DNA from: the human T2T-CHM13v2.0 reference genome, Homo sapiens
Length of the DNA stretch: 64,000 nt
Reading direction: 5' to 3' (one strand)
Assembly (NCBI RefSeq): GCF_009914755.1
Contig: NC_060925.1
Numbering within the stretch: the stretch's first letter is position 1; each line of letters begins with the position of its first letter. The notes under the pieces are model-generated. The model ran no database searches, had not been told where the DNA came from, and worked only from the letters and a program-made list of their open reading frames with translations. Shown in pieces: positions 12,489 through 30,815 of this stretch. A program made the position numbers and the translations under genes.

Positions 12489-14401
12489 GACAGTCTCTTT
12501 TAATTGGTGTTGGATTAATATATATCTACCATATTTGTTACTGTTTTCTATTCATTGCCCTCCCTTGTTGTTTCCTTTTTTTGCCTTCTGATTTCAATTG
12601 AACATTTTATGTTACTTCATTTTTTCTCCTCACTTACTGTATTATACTTGTTTTTACTTTTTTTTACTAGTTGCCCTTGAATTTGCAGTATACATTTACA
12701 ACTAAGCCAAGCCCACTTTCATATAACATAGCACTTCATGGGTAGTGCAAGTACCTTGGAACAGAATATTCTTAATTACTTACACTAGTCCCTTATAACA
12801 TTGCTGTCATTCATTTTACTTATCCATAAGCTATAGTCACCTAATACCTTGTTGCTGTTATTTTGAACAAACTGTATATGTTTAGATCGATAAAGGATAA
12901 GACAAGTAAAAGTAAAGTTTCTGACCTAAGTAGTTTTCCTTCTTTCTGAAGAAATTTTCACATTTCTTGCAAGGCATGTCTGCTGGTGACAAATTCTCTC
13001 CATTTTTGTTTGAAAATGTGTGCATTTCTCCTTCATTTGGAGGATAGTGTCACTTAATACAGAGTTGTAACTTGGTGGTTTTTTCTGGGAACACTTTAAA
13101 TATTTTACTTCACTCTCTTCTTGCTTTCCTGGTTTCTGAAGAGAAGTCTGATGCAATTCTTGTCTCTGTTCTGCTATAGGTAAGATGTTTTCCCCCCCTC
13201 TGGCTTCTTTCAGCATTTTCTCTTTGCCTTGATTTTATGCAGTCTGAAATATACCTAAGTGTAGATGTTTTGGCATTTATCTTGGTTAGTGTTCTCTGAA
13301 CTTCCTGGGTCTGTGGTTTGGTGTCTATCCTCTCTTTATTTTTTAGCAGTCTTTTTTTTCTCCCAACTTGTCTCTTCGTTTGGCCCTGTCTTCAAAATGT
13401 ATGTGGAAGTTAACCAATTCTTACTACCTGCACTGCTACTCCTTTTGTCAACATTCCTATCTCTTGCATTATTTCAGTTGCCTTCCAGTTCTTCCTGATT
13501 CTGCCCTTGACCTTCTCTTTTACAACCAGAGAGACCTTTTAAAAATTTCAGTGGAAACTTGACATCCTCTGCTCAAAACTGTCCAGTGGCTTCCCACGCA
13601 TACCAAGTAAAAGCTGAAGTCCTTACCGTGGCCTAAAAGCCTGTATTTAGCTCTCTATTTAATATCTTACCTTCTCTTCTCCTAATGACTTCCTCATTGT
13701 CCTCCAATTATAGTGCCCTACTTGTTCCTTATCGAAGTCACCAGGCATCTCAAGGCTTTTCTGCTTCCCTCAGATGTCTGCCCAACTCTGTCCTCTAACT
13801 GCCCATCATCTTTAGTTGTTTACTCAAACATCACTCTTCTAGATTATAAACCTACATGCCATATGGACTACGATCTCCCCATTGCTTTTTGTTTTCTGGA
13901 ACACTTTACCAGCTGACTTGTTTCTGGCAGGAGAGTGCATGATGCATTGGAGAAGATGTAAGAAAGCCAGTTGGCTGGAGTGTTGAGAATGAAGGGAGCA
14001 CTGTTGTGAAATAAAGCCAGAATGGGAGTTAGGGACCCAACTGTGCAGACCCTTGTAAGCCATGTTAACATCTTTGGTCTTTATCTTTAAGGGAAATGGG
14101 AAATCACTGAAGTATCTGAACTGGAGGGATTCGGAGGAGGTCACTAAGTGATTAAATTTGTCATTTTACAAAGTTCATTTTAGCTTCATTATGAATATAT
14201 TGGAGGGGGAAAAGATTGGATGTAGGGAGATCAGATGAGAGGCTATTATAGGGATCCAGGTGTAAGCTGATGGTAGCTTATTTAGTCTGTTATGGTTGAT
14301 GGCCATACAAAAAGAATGATTCTCTGAAGTAATGTATTTATATACATCTGTGGTCAGCAATTCATAACTCCTGATTGCCAGGTTAAGATTTCCAATTTAG
14401 G

Positions 14402-14773
<372 letters not shown>

Positions 14774-14996
14774 TCAGAATAAACCCTAGAAATTCTGTTA
14801 GTCAAATAGTTATGTATCTTTTTTTGTGTATTTCTTAGCATTTGGCACAAAATCAAAGATTCCTTATTAAACCAATTATTATTTAATGGTCACTTCTAGA
14901 TCCTGTTCAAACTGATTCATCTCTCATGAAGGCAGGGCTTTAACTAATTTCCTTGTTTTTCCCAACCTTCTCTCATCTGAAAAAATTAACTTGATT

Positions 14997-15300
14997 GGCC
15001 GGGTGTGGTGGCTCACGCCTGTAATCCCAGCACTTTGGGAGGCCGAGGCGGGCAGATCATGAGGTCAGGAGATTGAGACCATCCTGGCTAACATGGTGAA
15101 ACCCCGTCTCTACTAAAAATACAAAAAATTAGCCGGGCGTGATGGCAGGTGCCTGTAGTCCCAGCTACTCGGGAGGCTGAGGCAAGAGAATGGCGTGAAT
15201 CCGGGAGGCGGAGCTTGCAGTGAGCAGAGGTAGCACCATCGTATTCAGGCTTGGGCGAAAGAGCGAGACTCCATCTCAAAAAAAAAAAAAAAAAAAAAAA
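14997..15300 (+). mobile_element. AluY
   Basis: gaatggcgtgaa and ggagcttgcag; TSD aaaaaattaacttgat. Confidence 0.9.
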
Positions 15301-15786
15301 TTAACTTGATCAGGGCTAAGATTGTTCCTCAATCAGATGTTTTCAAAACAAAGGTGTCTAGGGGGTGTTATTTCTCTTCACAAAATTAATAGCTCTGGGA
15401 ACAAAAAATTTGTGTAGAACTGTAGCACTTACGAGGATAGGAAACTCATAACACTCTGGCCATACTAAGAGAGATTTGATGCTCTTATATGAGCAAACAG
15501 ATTTAATAAACAGCGATTCTAATAGTTTTCTAATGTGGCAGTGTTTTTATCAACTAAAACATTGATTCTCTTCACTTTAGTTTGGGAAGGAAAAAAGCAT
15601 TAAGCTTCTGTAACCTAAAATATGTTATTAAATATGTTGTTTACTTAACAGAAACCAGTGAGGTATCTTAGTCCAGCTTTGTTGTGTAAATAAAGAAGTT
15701 GAATATTAATGAGGATAAATGACTTGTCTTGGCTCACACAACTTATAGATCCTGATTTTGGACCCAGATATTCCTGCAAAAGTCTC

Positions 15787-16094
15787 TTTGGTTTTGTTGT
15801 TGTTGTTGTTGTGTTTTTGACACAGTCTTGCTCTGTCGCCAGGCTGGAGCAAGTGGCATGATCTTGGCTCACTGTAACCTCCGACTCCCTGATTCTAGTG
15901 ATTCTCCTGCCTCAGCCTCCTGAGTAGCTGGGATTACAGGCACGAGCCACCATGCCCAGTTAATTTTTGTATTTTTAGTAGAGACAGGGTTTCACCATGT
16001 TGGCCAGGATGGTCTTGATCTCCTGACCTCATGATCCACCCGCCTTGGCCTCCCAAAGTGCTGGGATTACAGGCGTGAGCCACCGTGCCTGGCC
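15787..16094 (-). mobile_element. AluSc-like with (TTG)n tail
   Basis: Full dimer. Confidence 0.88.
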
Positions 16095-16974
16095 AAGGCT
16101 CTTTGTTTTTGATCAGAGGTTGTTAATTTGGGTTCCCTGGTCTCCAACATTTCCCTCACTTCCCCCAGTGTATATATTCTTTTCAAATAACTGGATTTAC
16201 TGGATTAAGGAATACAATAAAGTTAAGAATCAATAAATTTGATTATACTGCCTCCTGATTTGGGGTTCCTAATCTGACAGTGCTTTCCATTCTTGTCTTG
16301 CATTACCTTTCCAAAATTCTTCTCAAAATATCAATAACACTCTAGTTACATTAATAAAGTAGTGATAGTAGTATTTTTAAGTGGATAATTGCCAGGCACT
16401 CTCCTAAGTGCTACATATGCATTATCTAATTTGGTGTTCACAGCAACATTGCTGAACTATGTCCCTTACTTTAAGATTAGCCCTCCATCTAAATGGTCTC
16501 ACCACATTTTAAAGATTGCTTGGATTAATTGAATTACCGAATATAGTGGAAAAGGTCTTAGGCATTAGTGTTAGACGACACCTAGCTTTGAAGCCAAGGT
16601 CAACCCCTTTTTTCTTTCATTCAATAAATGTTTATTGAGCATCTACTATTTTCCAACTATTGTTCTGAGCACTAGGAATGGCATCTTTTATCTGCATTTT
16701 GAAGGGAAGATAATGTCTGCCTTGAAGGTTGCTAAAGTCTAAGAAAAAGGCACTTAAAAAAAAAAGGTTTGCTTCCTTGCCCTCCTAACTGATCTTCCTT
16801 CTCTAGTTTTTCATTCCTCTGTTGCAATCTACAGAGTACTCATAGAGCTTTCTTTTTTCTCTTCAAACTCTTGCTCAAAAGCCTTAGATGGCTTTTCTCA
16901 TCTGATAGGAAAGTTTCAAGTTCATAGGATGTCATAGAGGAACTTTTATAGCCTGCTATTTAAAACCATATATG

Positions 16975-17328
<354 letters not shown>

Positions 17329-20285
17329 TCACAGTAAATGCTCAGGCCACCTAGACTTTTTTTTAAATATAAGTTTTCTATTAGATCATCACAGAGTCTC
17401 TTGAGTCTCTGCCTTTTTTCTGGAATTCCATGTCTATAACATTCTGTCTACCTACACCCCCTTCCTCTCCCTGGGCTTCAAGAAATACATACAAAGTACA
17501 CAGTGAAAAATCTCTTTTCTTTCCATGTCCTGTCATTCCTCAGCTTCCTTCCCAAAGGTATTCTATGCATATACAAGTTTTATGTACATGAATGAATACA
17601 GGCAGATTGGCATGTTAGATTGTGAACCCTGAAACCAGGTTGCCTGAGTTTAAATCGTGGCTTTTCTTCCTAGATATGTGACTTTGGGGATATTACTAGT
17701 ATCTGCCTTGTAAGCTTATTGTGAGGATTTCTTACAGCACTTCCTGGCACATGGTAAGCACTCAGTAAATGTTTGCCATTACTATTGTTGTGTTGTTGTT
17801 ATATAACAGCATAATATATTCAAAAGAGAGCAACATTTAAAATCTAGAGACATAGGTTTGAATACAGCTTCCTAATTACTTTATGCTTAAGTCATTTAAT
17901 CCAAGTTAAGCCTTGTATGTTTCTTTATAGTGGGGGTAATGACATATAGTTTTGGTTTTGATTACCTAAAAAATAAAAAGGAAAGAGCATTGTAAGTGAC
18001 AGAATGCTATATAAAGTTTAGTTGCTGTTGGTTACACGGTTTTACTTTCCCTTCAAGGAAAGGTTATAACATTTTAGCTGGATAATAGTTTGAAAAACAA
18101 AGATATCAGAAACTTAGTTATAATTATGCATTTTTACTTATAATTATTCCAAATTTATACTTTTTCATTAGCTTTGGCATGCTTTAGTTTTGGTCATATA
18201 TAGTTTATGTGGCAGTGCTGTTAAGGGAATAAAGTTAGAGAGTGAATACCTCTATTTATGGAAATGTATCAAGATTCCAGAATTGATAAACTTAGCTATA
18301 CTTGGCATAATTTAGTACACCTGACCAAATGTATCTTTTAAGGAAAATAATGTTTTGGTCAACCTAGAAAGTATTAGTCATGGCCTTAAATTTTTTCTGC
18401 ATGGTTTACAAATTTTTTGTTTGTCTGCAATGATAATAGTTATACTGAAGAATATTCACTTTACTTAAGTAGATGGTAATACATTTAAAAAGCAGTCTTT
18501 CATTTCCATTTCACTTAGTCAAACATTTACTGGTGATGTGCTTTTGATGATTTGCTATGTTGCTAAAACAGGATATGCATTCACTGTTTTTTGACAGCTC
18601 ATGGATCCAAGAGCACATGTAGTTCCTAAAGGCACAGAGTATAGGATATTTTTGGATACTGTGATATTCCCCCCTTTCTTCTGGTAATTAGAAGCATTCC
18701 CAGTATTAAACATTTAGGAGGAAAAGTTATAGTCAAAGAAGACCATCTCTTTCTTTTAAATCATTTTAATATGAAGCATATATTTTACTTTAGAGCTTTA
18801 AAATGATTTAAAGTAACAATTTTAGTAACCTTTGGGTTTGTCTTGAAAGTATTTTCATTTCATTTGTTTCTAAAATACTTGTTTCTCTGAAGAGAGAAGA
18901 TGGCTCAATCTGATGACATACGTAACCGTGATGACTGACAGTTTAAACTGTAATCAATAAAGGGAGAATAGTTTTTAAATGCATTGAGACAAAGCATACA
19001 GGAAAGATATAATTTTGTATAATCTTTTGTTGAAGTCTTCAAAACAGTACAAGTGTTATTTGCCTCATGACATGAAAATTCACAGTAAACAAAGCTATTA
19101 TATTTGAATTTCACAAAAATGTTTACTTTCTTAGTTATCCTTCAGAAAAAAATTCAGAATGATGACTCTTCTCAAATTAAGTATTTATACTAATACCTGC
19201 AAAAACTGTCATTTAGGGATTATTTGTACAGTTCTATGTGGTAACACTCAGCCATGCAACATGTGCATATATTAGTTTCCATATGTAAAATCTGGAATTA
19301 CTGAAACAATCTGTCTTAGACTTTTTTTGATGAAGAATTAGATTAAAAACTCCTTATTTATAACAACATGGTAGTCATTGAATGTAAGAACTCAGATCAC
19401 ATTGCAGATATTCTAAAAATAGAATGTAAATTAGGTTTTAACACTAATTCTGAGATTATTATATGTGGCAAATAATTTGAATGATATTCAGCAGTCTAAT
19501 TTAGGTAATCAAATCACAGAGATTTAAAAAAAAAAAAGCATTGATTTGCATTTGTGATCAGTATTGCTTAGGAAAAATGCCTGATACTATAAGAGTATAT
19601 AAAGTTTTGACTCAAAGGGGTCAGGGAAGCATATCTTAGGGAATTAATACTTGTGCTCAGATCCAAGGAAAAGAGCAGGCATTATTAACTAAGTGGAGAA
19701 GGAAGAAGTCATTGCAGGCAAAGGGAATAGCTTCTGCAAAAGCCCTGTGGCAGAAGGGAGCATATCAGGTTTAAGAAACTGAAAGATGGCCAGTGTGGCT
19801 GTCATAGAGAGTAAATAGGGATATGGAGCAAGATGAAGTGGATACAGGCCAAATCATTAGGAGCTTTGAGAACTTGGAGTTTAATCTTTACCCTATGAGC
19901 AAAAGGAAATCATTTAATTTTCTGTTTTGAAAAGATCATTCTGGCTGCAATGTAGAGGAACTCAAGTGAGCAACAATGGACTAGTTAAGAGGCTATTTCA
20001 GTAGTCCCAGGAGGTTGCTTAGGCTAGAGTCATGTAGTGGAAAAGAAAAGGAACTGACAGATTCTTTGCCTGGAGGGTAACGGTTCTTTGCTCAGGTCAT
20101 TCTGACACTCCTACCCTCCTCTCCTGTTTCTCCACTCTTTAAAAAAATGGCGATAGAAAATACAAAGTAGTATTCTGTGATTAAATTATCACACTTTTAT
20201 TATAGATTATATTCTTGATAACTAATATTCATAATTTTATGTTGAGAATATTATAAAGAAATGTTTTCATCAAATGTAGATTCAT

Positions 20286-20625
<340 letters not shown>

Positions 20626-21628
20626 TTAAGATTTTTTAAATGAAGGTCCCATTTTACAACTGGAAACCTAAAGGAACAGTATCAAGGAACTGACATAAGA
20701 TATGCTCAGAGGCTAAAAAGTAAGTGAAAGCTAGACTCAGCACTCAGAGCCTATTTTTGTCTTGATGGCACCTACTGAACCAGCTAAACCTGGGCTTATG
20801 GTTTCATTGCCTTCGCAGACATAGAGGATAGGAGACTAAGCTCAGTCTATGAGGAGACTCCACCGAGTGTCTGTGCACCCCTCCCCACCCCTACTCCTGC
20901 CAACTCCGAGGAAACTGGACTGTCACAAATGTTGGCACTAAGTTGAAGTGGTGGTGCAGGTTTGGGGGTTGTTATTCTTTGACATTTTATAGTTGCAACC
21001 TAGCCTTTATGTTTCCATATCTAAATCACACTTTTTGGGTTAGCCCAAAAGTATCTTAAAATTTGACTATGGTTCAAAGTAATTCTGGCCACTAGTAACT
21101 CCAGGCACTTGCAGAAGCAAATGCACATCACAGTAAAAGATCACACAACTCAAAAAGAAAAAGAGACTGAAAATACGGATTATCCAGGATAACAGACAAC
21201 TGAATTGGACCCCCATTGACTTCATATTTTGGAATTATTAGACAGGAATTTAAAATCAGTGTGTTTAGCGAGGTAAAGATTAAAAATATAAGAATGATGG
21301 GATTATGATAGCTAACATTTTGTAGTGCTTCCTATGAACCTTGAACTCTTCAGTACTTTACATGTTAATTAATCCTCACAAAAACTCTAAAGTAGGGTTT
21401 ATTATTATCCCCATTTTACAGGTGAAGGAATGAAGCACAGAATGGGGATGTAACTTGACCAAGGTTAGTAAAGTAGTAGAACCAGGATTCTAGCCAGGCG
21501 GTATGGGTCCTAAAGTCAGGCTTTTAACCATTTTACTATACTGCTTATAAGAAAGATAGCGAGGTTATGAGAAGTTACAAATAGCTTTTTTGTGTTTAGG
21601 GGGAGAACTTTTAGAAATGAAATATATA

Positions 21629-21943
21629 GGCTGTATGCGGTGATGCACATCTGTAATCCCAGCACTTTGGGAGGCCAAGGCAGGTAGATCACTTAAGCCC
21701 AAGGAGTTCGAGACCAATGTGGGCAACATGGTGAAATCCCATCTCTACAAAAAAATACAAAAATTAGCTGGGCATGGTGGTGTGTGCCTGTAGTCCCAGC
21801 TACTTGGGAGGTTGAGGTATGAGGATCCCTTGAGTCCAGGAGGTCAAGGCTGCAGTGAGCTGTGCCACTGCGTTCCAGCCTGGGCAACAGAATGAGACCC
21901 TATCTCAAGAAAAAAAAAAAAAAGAAAAAAAAGAAAGAAAAGA
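21629..21943 (+). mobile_element. AluJ
   Basis: cccaaggagttcgag and ggtcaaggctgcag J-type positions. Confidence 0.88.
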
Positions 21944-23071
21944 AATGTATAAATAAAAATCTTAAAAGTCAATGGACAGGCTTAACAATAGATTATAATT
22001 AGTGACCTGGAAGATGACCTGAAAAATAAGTTAACCAAAATAAAGAGACAGAAATGGAAAATATGTAAAAAGGAAAAAAGAAAATTGGACAACCATAGCC
22101 TAAATTGCTAGTTTTCCCTGATACCATTCTGTGTCTAATAAGTAGTGGATATATTAGTTGGATGCTCTGTTGCCTAGCTAAAACTTCTGTTTCATTGCCT
22201 TCCTGATAGTGAGATTTGACTATGTGACAAGGCTTTGGTAATTTGGGGTGCAAATTGAAATGTGTGTAACTTCTAGATCATGCCTGTGAGAGGAAAGGGG
22301 ATATGCCGTTTTCTTTATCTTTCTTCCTGCCCATGAACTGGAATGTAAACATGGCAATGAGATATTTTTGCCTGTGTAGAAGGGGGCAATACTCTAAGGA
22401 TGACAGAGCAATAAGACATAAGAGCTTGGCTCTCTCAGACTACCTAGCTGCCAAACAAGAGTGTCATGTGAGAGGAAAATAACCCTGAATTTTGGTTAAG
22501 CCACTTTTGAGTCTCTTATTAACAGCAGCCAGTGTCTACATCTTAACTAATCCAAGAAGAGCATGAAAAGGTCTAATAGTTGTCTAACCAGAATTTCAGA
22601 TATGAAGAAAAATCAAGTAGATACAGTATTTAAGGAGATTACAATTAGAATTTCCAAAACTGCAAAAAGATACAAATTCAAGAAGTCAAATCCTAAGCAG
22701 AGTGAATAGAAATGTAAACCTAAAGTCTTCATAGTTAAATTTGCAGATGATCAGAGATGTCAAAAATAACCAGAAGGACAACACAGATCACTTTCAAAAG
22801 CTCTGCAATTAGGCTAGCAGCTGACTTATTGAAAGGAAAGTAGAAATCAAAAGACAGTAGAATAGTAACTACAGTGTACTCAGAGTAAATAACTATTAAA
22901 GCTAAAATATCCTTGAAGAGTGAAGCAAAGTTTTCAGATAAATAAAACTGGGAGTTTTTTTTTGTTCTCACTATTTGCACAGCACTAAGAAAGATTCCAA
23001 AAGATATACTTTAGGTAGAAGGAAAGTGACCCCTAATGGAGGATCTGAAATATTAATTAGGAAAGAAAAAT

Positions 23072-23383
<312 letters not shown>

Positions 23384-24283
23384 ATGGCTGAAATTATTGA
23401 GGCAGGTATCCAACTTAGGTTAGAAAAACATTAGAATAAACTAAAGAAAGGAAATAATAAACATAAAAGCAGAAATTAAAGAAATAGAAAAGAGGTCTAC
23501 AATGAAACATCAACAAAGCCAAAGTTGGTTGTTTGAAAAAGACTAATAAAAGTAACAAACCTGGTAAAATGACCAGAAGTAAAAGAGGAAGGGCACAGAT
23601 AAACAATCCGAATGAAAAAGGAGATATAACTAAAGATGTGGCAGATTTTTATAAAAGAGAGAAAAGTGCACACACTAACACATTTTTGTGCAGGGAATAA
23701 TTTCAGATGGTAGATTATTGTATCTGTTGTCATAATAGTATATCAAGTCTATCAAGACGACTTGTCAAACTTGCCAAAAATTTTACTCTTGAATATGTAA
23801 GATGGTTGGATTAAATATTTTAATCCTTTACTTGAATATTTGGAGAGTTACAAAGGTGCAATGAATCACATAACTCTGCTTCAGTTATACTTTACTAAAG
23901 ATTGTGGTAAAGATTTATCTGGGGATATAGATATGGATAAATTTCTTTAAAACAGTAGAATATGTGTTCCCTTTTAATACATAAGGAAGATGAGGGGAAA
24001 TGCGTAAACCTGAGAAATTGTGGAAACCTTGTATTTTTAAAAGGCTGGCTGGAGTACAGTGGTACAGTCACAGCTCCCTGTGCCCATAGAACTCCTGGGC
24101 CCAAGCGACCCTCCAGCCTCAAAGGTGAGAGCCACCACGCCCAACTAAAACATACTGTTGTGTGAAGATAGAATTCAAAGGGCTAGATGACCATATCTAG
24201 ATATGTTTTTAGAGTGGATTGCCACAAATGAAAGTTGCTGTATTTCAGGAATTCTGTTGTTTTTAAATACTGACTTCATTTAA

Positions 24284-24660
<377 letters not shown>

Positions 24661-25279
24661 TCCAGTAATTTTTGACATGTTACATTTTAATTATTATTTA
24701 GTTCAAATTGTTTAATTTCCATCTTGATTTCTTTCTTCACTTATGGATTATTTAGAATTCTGTTTCATTTACAAACATTTGGGGATAATGTGGTTATATT
24801 TTTATGTTGATTTCTAGTTTAATTTCATTTTGGTTAGAAATTACACTCTGTATGATTTCAGTCCATTGAAATTTCTTGAGACTTGATTTATGGCTCAGCA
24901 TGGTCTGTTCTAGTAAATTATCCATGTACACTGGAAAAGGATGTATAGTTTGCAGTTGTTGGGTGTGGTGTTCTATATGTCTCTTAAGTTGATTCATTAT
25001 CTGCTCAAATCTTCTATATATCCTTCCTGGTTTTGTCTTCCCTTTCTGTCATTTACTGAGTAAGTTCTGTTAAATTCTATTCATGATTCCCATTCTGTCA
25101 AGTTTTGCTTTGTATGCTTTAATTTATATTTAAATTTTATTTTTCTATTGAGTGCTATTAACATAAATTAATATTAACATATTTATATACATGGATTGTC
25201 TGACATCTTTCCATTTATTTTCAGTTTGTTGATCTGTTCTTTGTTTCTTTGAGATTGTTATTTAGGATACTGCAAGAAA

Positions 25280-25645
25280 TTCATAATGTCTTGGGTATAA
25301 AATTAGGGAGTAGCTCAGCTGGGTGAATCGAGTCTAAATCTCTGATGATGTTGCAGTAAGATGGTTGCTGTCTGGGATCATCTTGAAGCCTTTATTATTC
25401 ACAGATGTGGGAAGACAGAAACAGCTGGGACTCTGGCAACCATGTCTTTCTCTGTGGTCTCTCCAAAGTGGTGACTGCACGGCAGCCTAACACTTAGGAC
25501 TCCATAGATAGGTATCCCCAAAGAGAAAAAATTCAGGAGGAAGCTCTGATGCCTTTTCTAACCTAGCTTAAGAATTCAGACAGCAGCACCATGTTGGCTG
25601 GATTTTGTTCATTGCTAACCCTGCCTGTATTCAAGGAGAGGGGAA
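25280..25645. mobile_element. MLT1-type MaLR LTR relic
   Basis: gtagctcagctggg...ggaagctctgatgccttttctaacctagc...ttcaaggagagggg. Confidence 0.55.
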
Positions 25646-28083
25646 TATGTTTTTTCTTTCTACAAGTTTTTTAGGATTTTGTCTTTGTTTTTAGGGTTTG
25701 GAATTTTAACTACAATATGTTCAGGTGCAAGAATCTTTTTTCTTTCCTCTTCCCACTGTGTTTGGCATTCATTGGGTGTTTGAATCTGATGATTCCTAAC
25801 TTTTCTTAGTTTACCTCTGGAAATGTTATTCTGCTGTTACTTTGGGTCTGGTGTTCTTTCTACATTCCCATCAGATAGCTGGTGAAACCTTTGGGTGTAT
25901 CCTCCTTACCTCTGTCTTTCATACATTCCATCTCTCTGCTCTTTTGTTCGGCACTCTCTGGTTTGTGTATTGGTATATTTATGTGATTTCACATTACCAA
26001 AAAGTACAGTTTTTCTTATGATGTACTCTAAAGAGCACTGTCCTTTGTTGTGGAAAGTTAAATCTTACCATGATTTCCATATTCACTCCCCTCCCCACCA
26101 GCATGTTGTGGTGAGTTGCCAGTTTTAAATATTTATGATCCCTGTAAATATTTAAAGATAACTAATAATATACTGCTTAAGAAACTACCTTCACTGTTCC
26201 TTAATGTAAAAAATTTTTCTCCAAAGTTTCTGATCACTAAATTTCCTTTAATGAATTTTGTTTTATAAGTTCAGTTCTACAGGAGAAACTTTTGTCTGTA
26301 ATACATTCATTTATGTTAAAAATTGCAGAAACAACAAAGTTGGGATCAATTTAATTCACAAAGACAATCAAGTCATATTATTTTTGTAAATGTTAGAAGT
26401 AGGCTTCCTGAAGGAAGAATGAAGAGTTAGATTATAACTTGGACCATAATGTTAGGGACTCAGAATTGACTTAAAATTTAAACATAGTGTAATGTTTATT
26501 CCTGTCTTCCATATTTGTCAGGGAATCTTAACCAGAGTAAGAAATTTTCTGGTGCTGTGTCGGGAGTGCAGGGCACAAGAGATTTCCATAAAAAGGCATG
26601 GGATTTGCTTGGAAGAACATAGAGGTTTTCTAACTTGGCAGTAATGAGTTAGAACTAATTCCCCTTAGAAAGAAAAATTAACTTACATTCTTATTGGGAA
26701 TTCATTTGTGTGTATGCTTTCTTGTGTGACCTATTTATTATATTTGTGAGTGTACCTGTGTGTATACATTCGTGACCCATGGTGTTTGTTAGGTGTAAAT
26801 AAAATTTTCTATACATACTCTGTGAAAAATGGCTTTGGAACTTGAATGTCTTGCCATTTTAGTTGAGGAACAGGGGCCAAATATTTTGTTGTTGCAGAAT
26901 ATCCAAAATAATTTGACCATCTCTGAGTTCTTTCCCTAGTTTCTGTTGCTGTAGAAAAGCTGGAGGCATTTGGGGAATATAAATGATCCATGCTATATTA
27001 GGATTCTGTCTTGAAAGATACGCATTTTTGGATTAGAGAGATGATGAATTCACATCTTGTTAAAATGTCAGCGATCCCCAGACTGGAAAGGGGGTAGGGA
27101 TGTAGGCATCCTTTTACGTGAAATATATGCTCTTGTGTTTAGCTGTCAGTATTTTTCTTTTCATGGACATCACTTTTTTTTTTTTCATGGAATCACCTAA
27201 TACAGATAGAGGTATAAGATGCCTAGTGTCCCACACAAAACTCTCCCACCTCACTCTACCTTTTCAAAAATGTGGTGGTTATTTTTAAAGGCTCACCCAG
27301 TTCTTACCTTGCTTCTCTTTCTCATTGGTTGACCTCATCCACTGCTATGGTTTCAATGCTACCATCTTGACCACCATTGACTCCCGAGTCTGTACCTCTA
27401 GTCCATTGGTTTCTACAGAACCTCCAGACTTGGCTTTTAAAATATCTATCAGATACCTTTACTTGTTCTTCCCATAGGAATCTCATAGTTAATTTTTGGA
27501 AGAAAGTATTATCTTTCTTTTTAAACCTCCTTTTGTATTTCCTGTCTTAATTGGAGGTAGGCTATCAACCACTTACTTGCTCAAGCTAGATACCTAGGAG
27601 TTATCACTGACTCTTCTTCATTCCTTTTAGTAGCTTATCAGTTATGGAGTCCTGTCAGTTTTATCCTCAGAAAAGCATTGCCCCTCTTCAGCCCTATTGC
27701 TCCTGTACAGGCCCGTGTCATCTCTCACTCGAGTTACTGCAGTAGCTTCCTAGCTATTCTCCCTGCCTCTAGTCTCTTCTTTCTTCAGTCCATCTTGCAT
27801 ACTGTCAGTTGTTTTTCCAGAATACAAATCTAATCATATTAATTGTTTTTAAATCACTTTGTCTTTTCCCCGTTATTTACTAGATAAAATATGAGCTCTT
27901 TAACATGACAAATGCCGAGCTATGTAGTATCCCTGGATCTTTTGTATTTAATTCTTTAGTGTGTTTGCTTAAGCTGTTTCCTTTGCTTGGAATGTCCTTC
28001 TAAGCATTATAGCTGAAATATTCCTATTCAGTTTTTTGCTTAGCTCTTCATATGAGCTAGTCAAAATTTAAAAAACTGTCCTG

Positions 28084-28612
<529 letters not shown>

Positions 28613-28635
28613 TTATAGTGTCCTCACTATGTATG

Positions 28636-29292
<657 letters not shown>

Positions 29293-29498
29293 GTATGTAA
29301 CTGGTATTCTGAGAAATTTCCCAAATAAATAATTCAAGGTGAGATTTGGGTGGGGACACAGAGCCAAACCATATCAGTATGTATCTAGTATTCTGAGAAA
29401 TTTCTCTCTTTCCCGCATTGAATTAACTTAAATTAACTTTTTAAGCTGTGATTTACATGTAATAAAATGTATATATTTTAAATAATTCAGTTCAATAA

Positions 29499-30074
<576 letters not shown>

Positions 30075-30265
30075 TAATTCATTCCTTACATTCATTACTG
30101 AGTAGTATTCCGTCAGTTGGATATATCACAATTTATCTACTCACCTCTTGATAGATACTTGGGTTGTCTGTAGATTTTTGGCTATTACAAAGACAGAAGT
30201 TGAAGTTAACATTGTTTCTCAGCTTGGCTTGTTGAAAATAATGTCTTTTACACATTGAATTACTT

Positions 30266-30815
30266 GTGTTAATGATCTATTGCTCTGTAACCAATTGACC
30301 CAAATTTTATTGGCTTAAAACAACAATAATCATTTTTTTTCTGTCAACAGTTTCTGTGGATCAGGGATTTGAGAGTGACTTGGTTGGAGGGTTCTAGCTC
30401 ATGATATCTCACGAGGCTGCAGATATTTGTTTTAAGGCTAAAATCAAGATAAGCTTCAAAGGTGGTTCACTAACATAATTGGCAAGTTGGTGCTGGTTCT
30501 TGGTAGGAGTCCTCAGCTCCTCTTCAGGTGTGCCTCTCTGAAGGGCTGGTGTTCACCTGACATGGTGACTGGCTTCTCTCAGAGCAAATGATCCAAGAGA
30601 CCACACCACAACCTGCGGTGCCTTTTAGGATCTAGACTTGGAAGTCACATATTTTAGCTTCTGCCGTATCGTATTGGTCACATGACGAATCTTGATTCAG
30701 CATGGGAGGGAACTTATTCAAGGATATGTATAATGAGAGGGAACGATACAAGGTATGAATACAAGGAGACCAGGATCATTGATTGAGAGCTGTCTTGCAG
30801 GATGGGGTGTCACAA
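30266..30815. mobile_element. MLT1-type MaLR LTR relic
   Basis: tgtgttaatgatctattgct...ggcttaaaacaacaataatc...gcaaatgatccaagaga...ggatcatt. Confidence 0.6.

Noticed and set aside
18928-19010. Possible C/D box snoRNA (GTGATGA)
   Set aside because: No CTGA D box at a suitable distance and no terminal stem.
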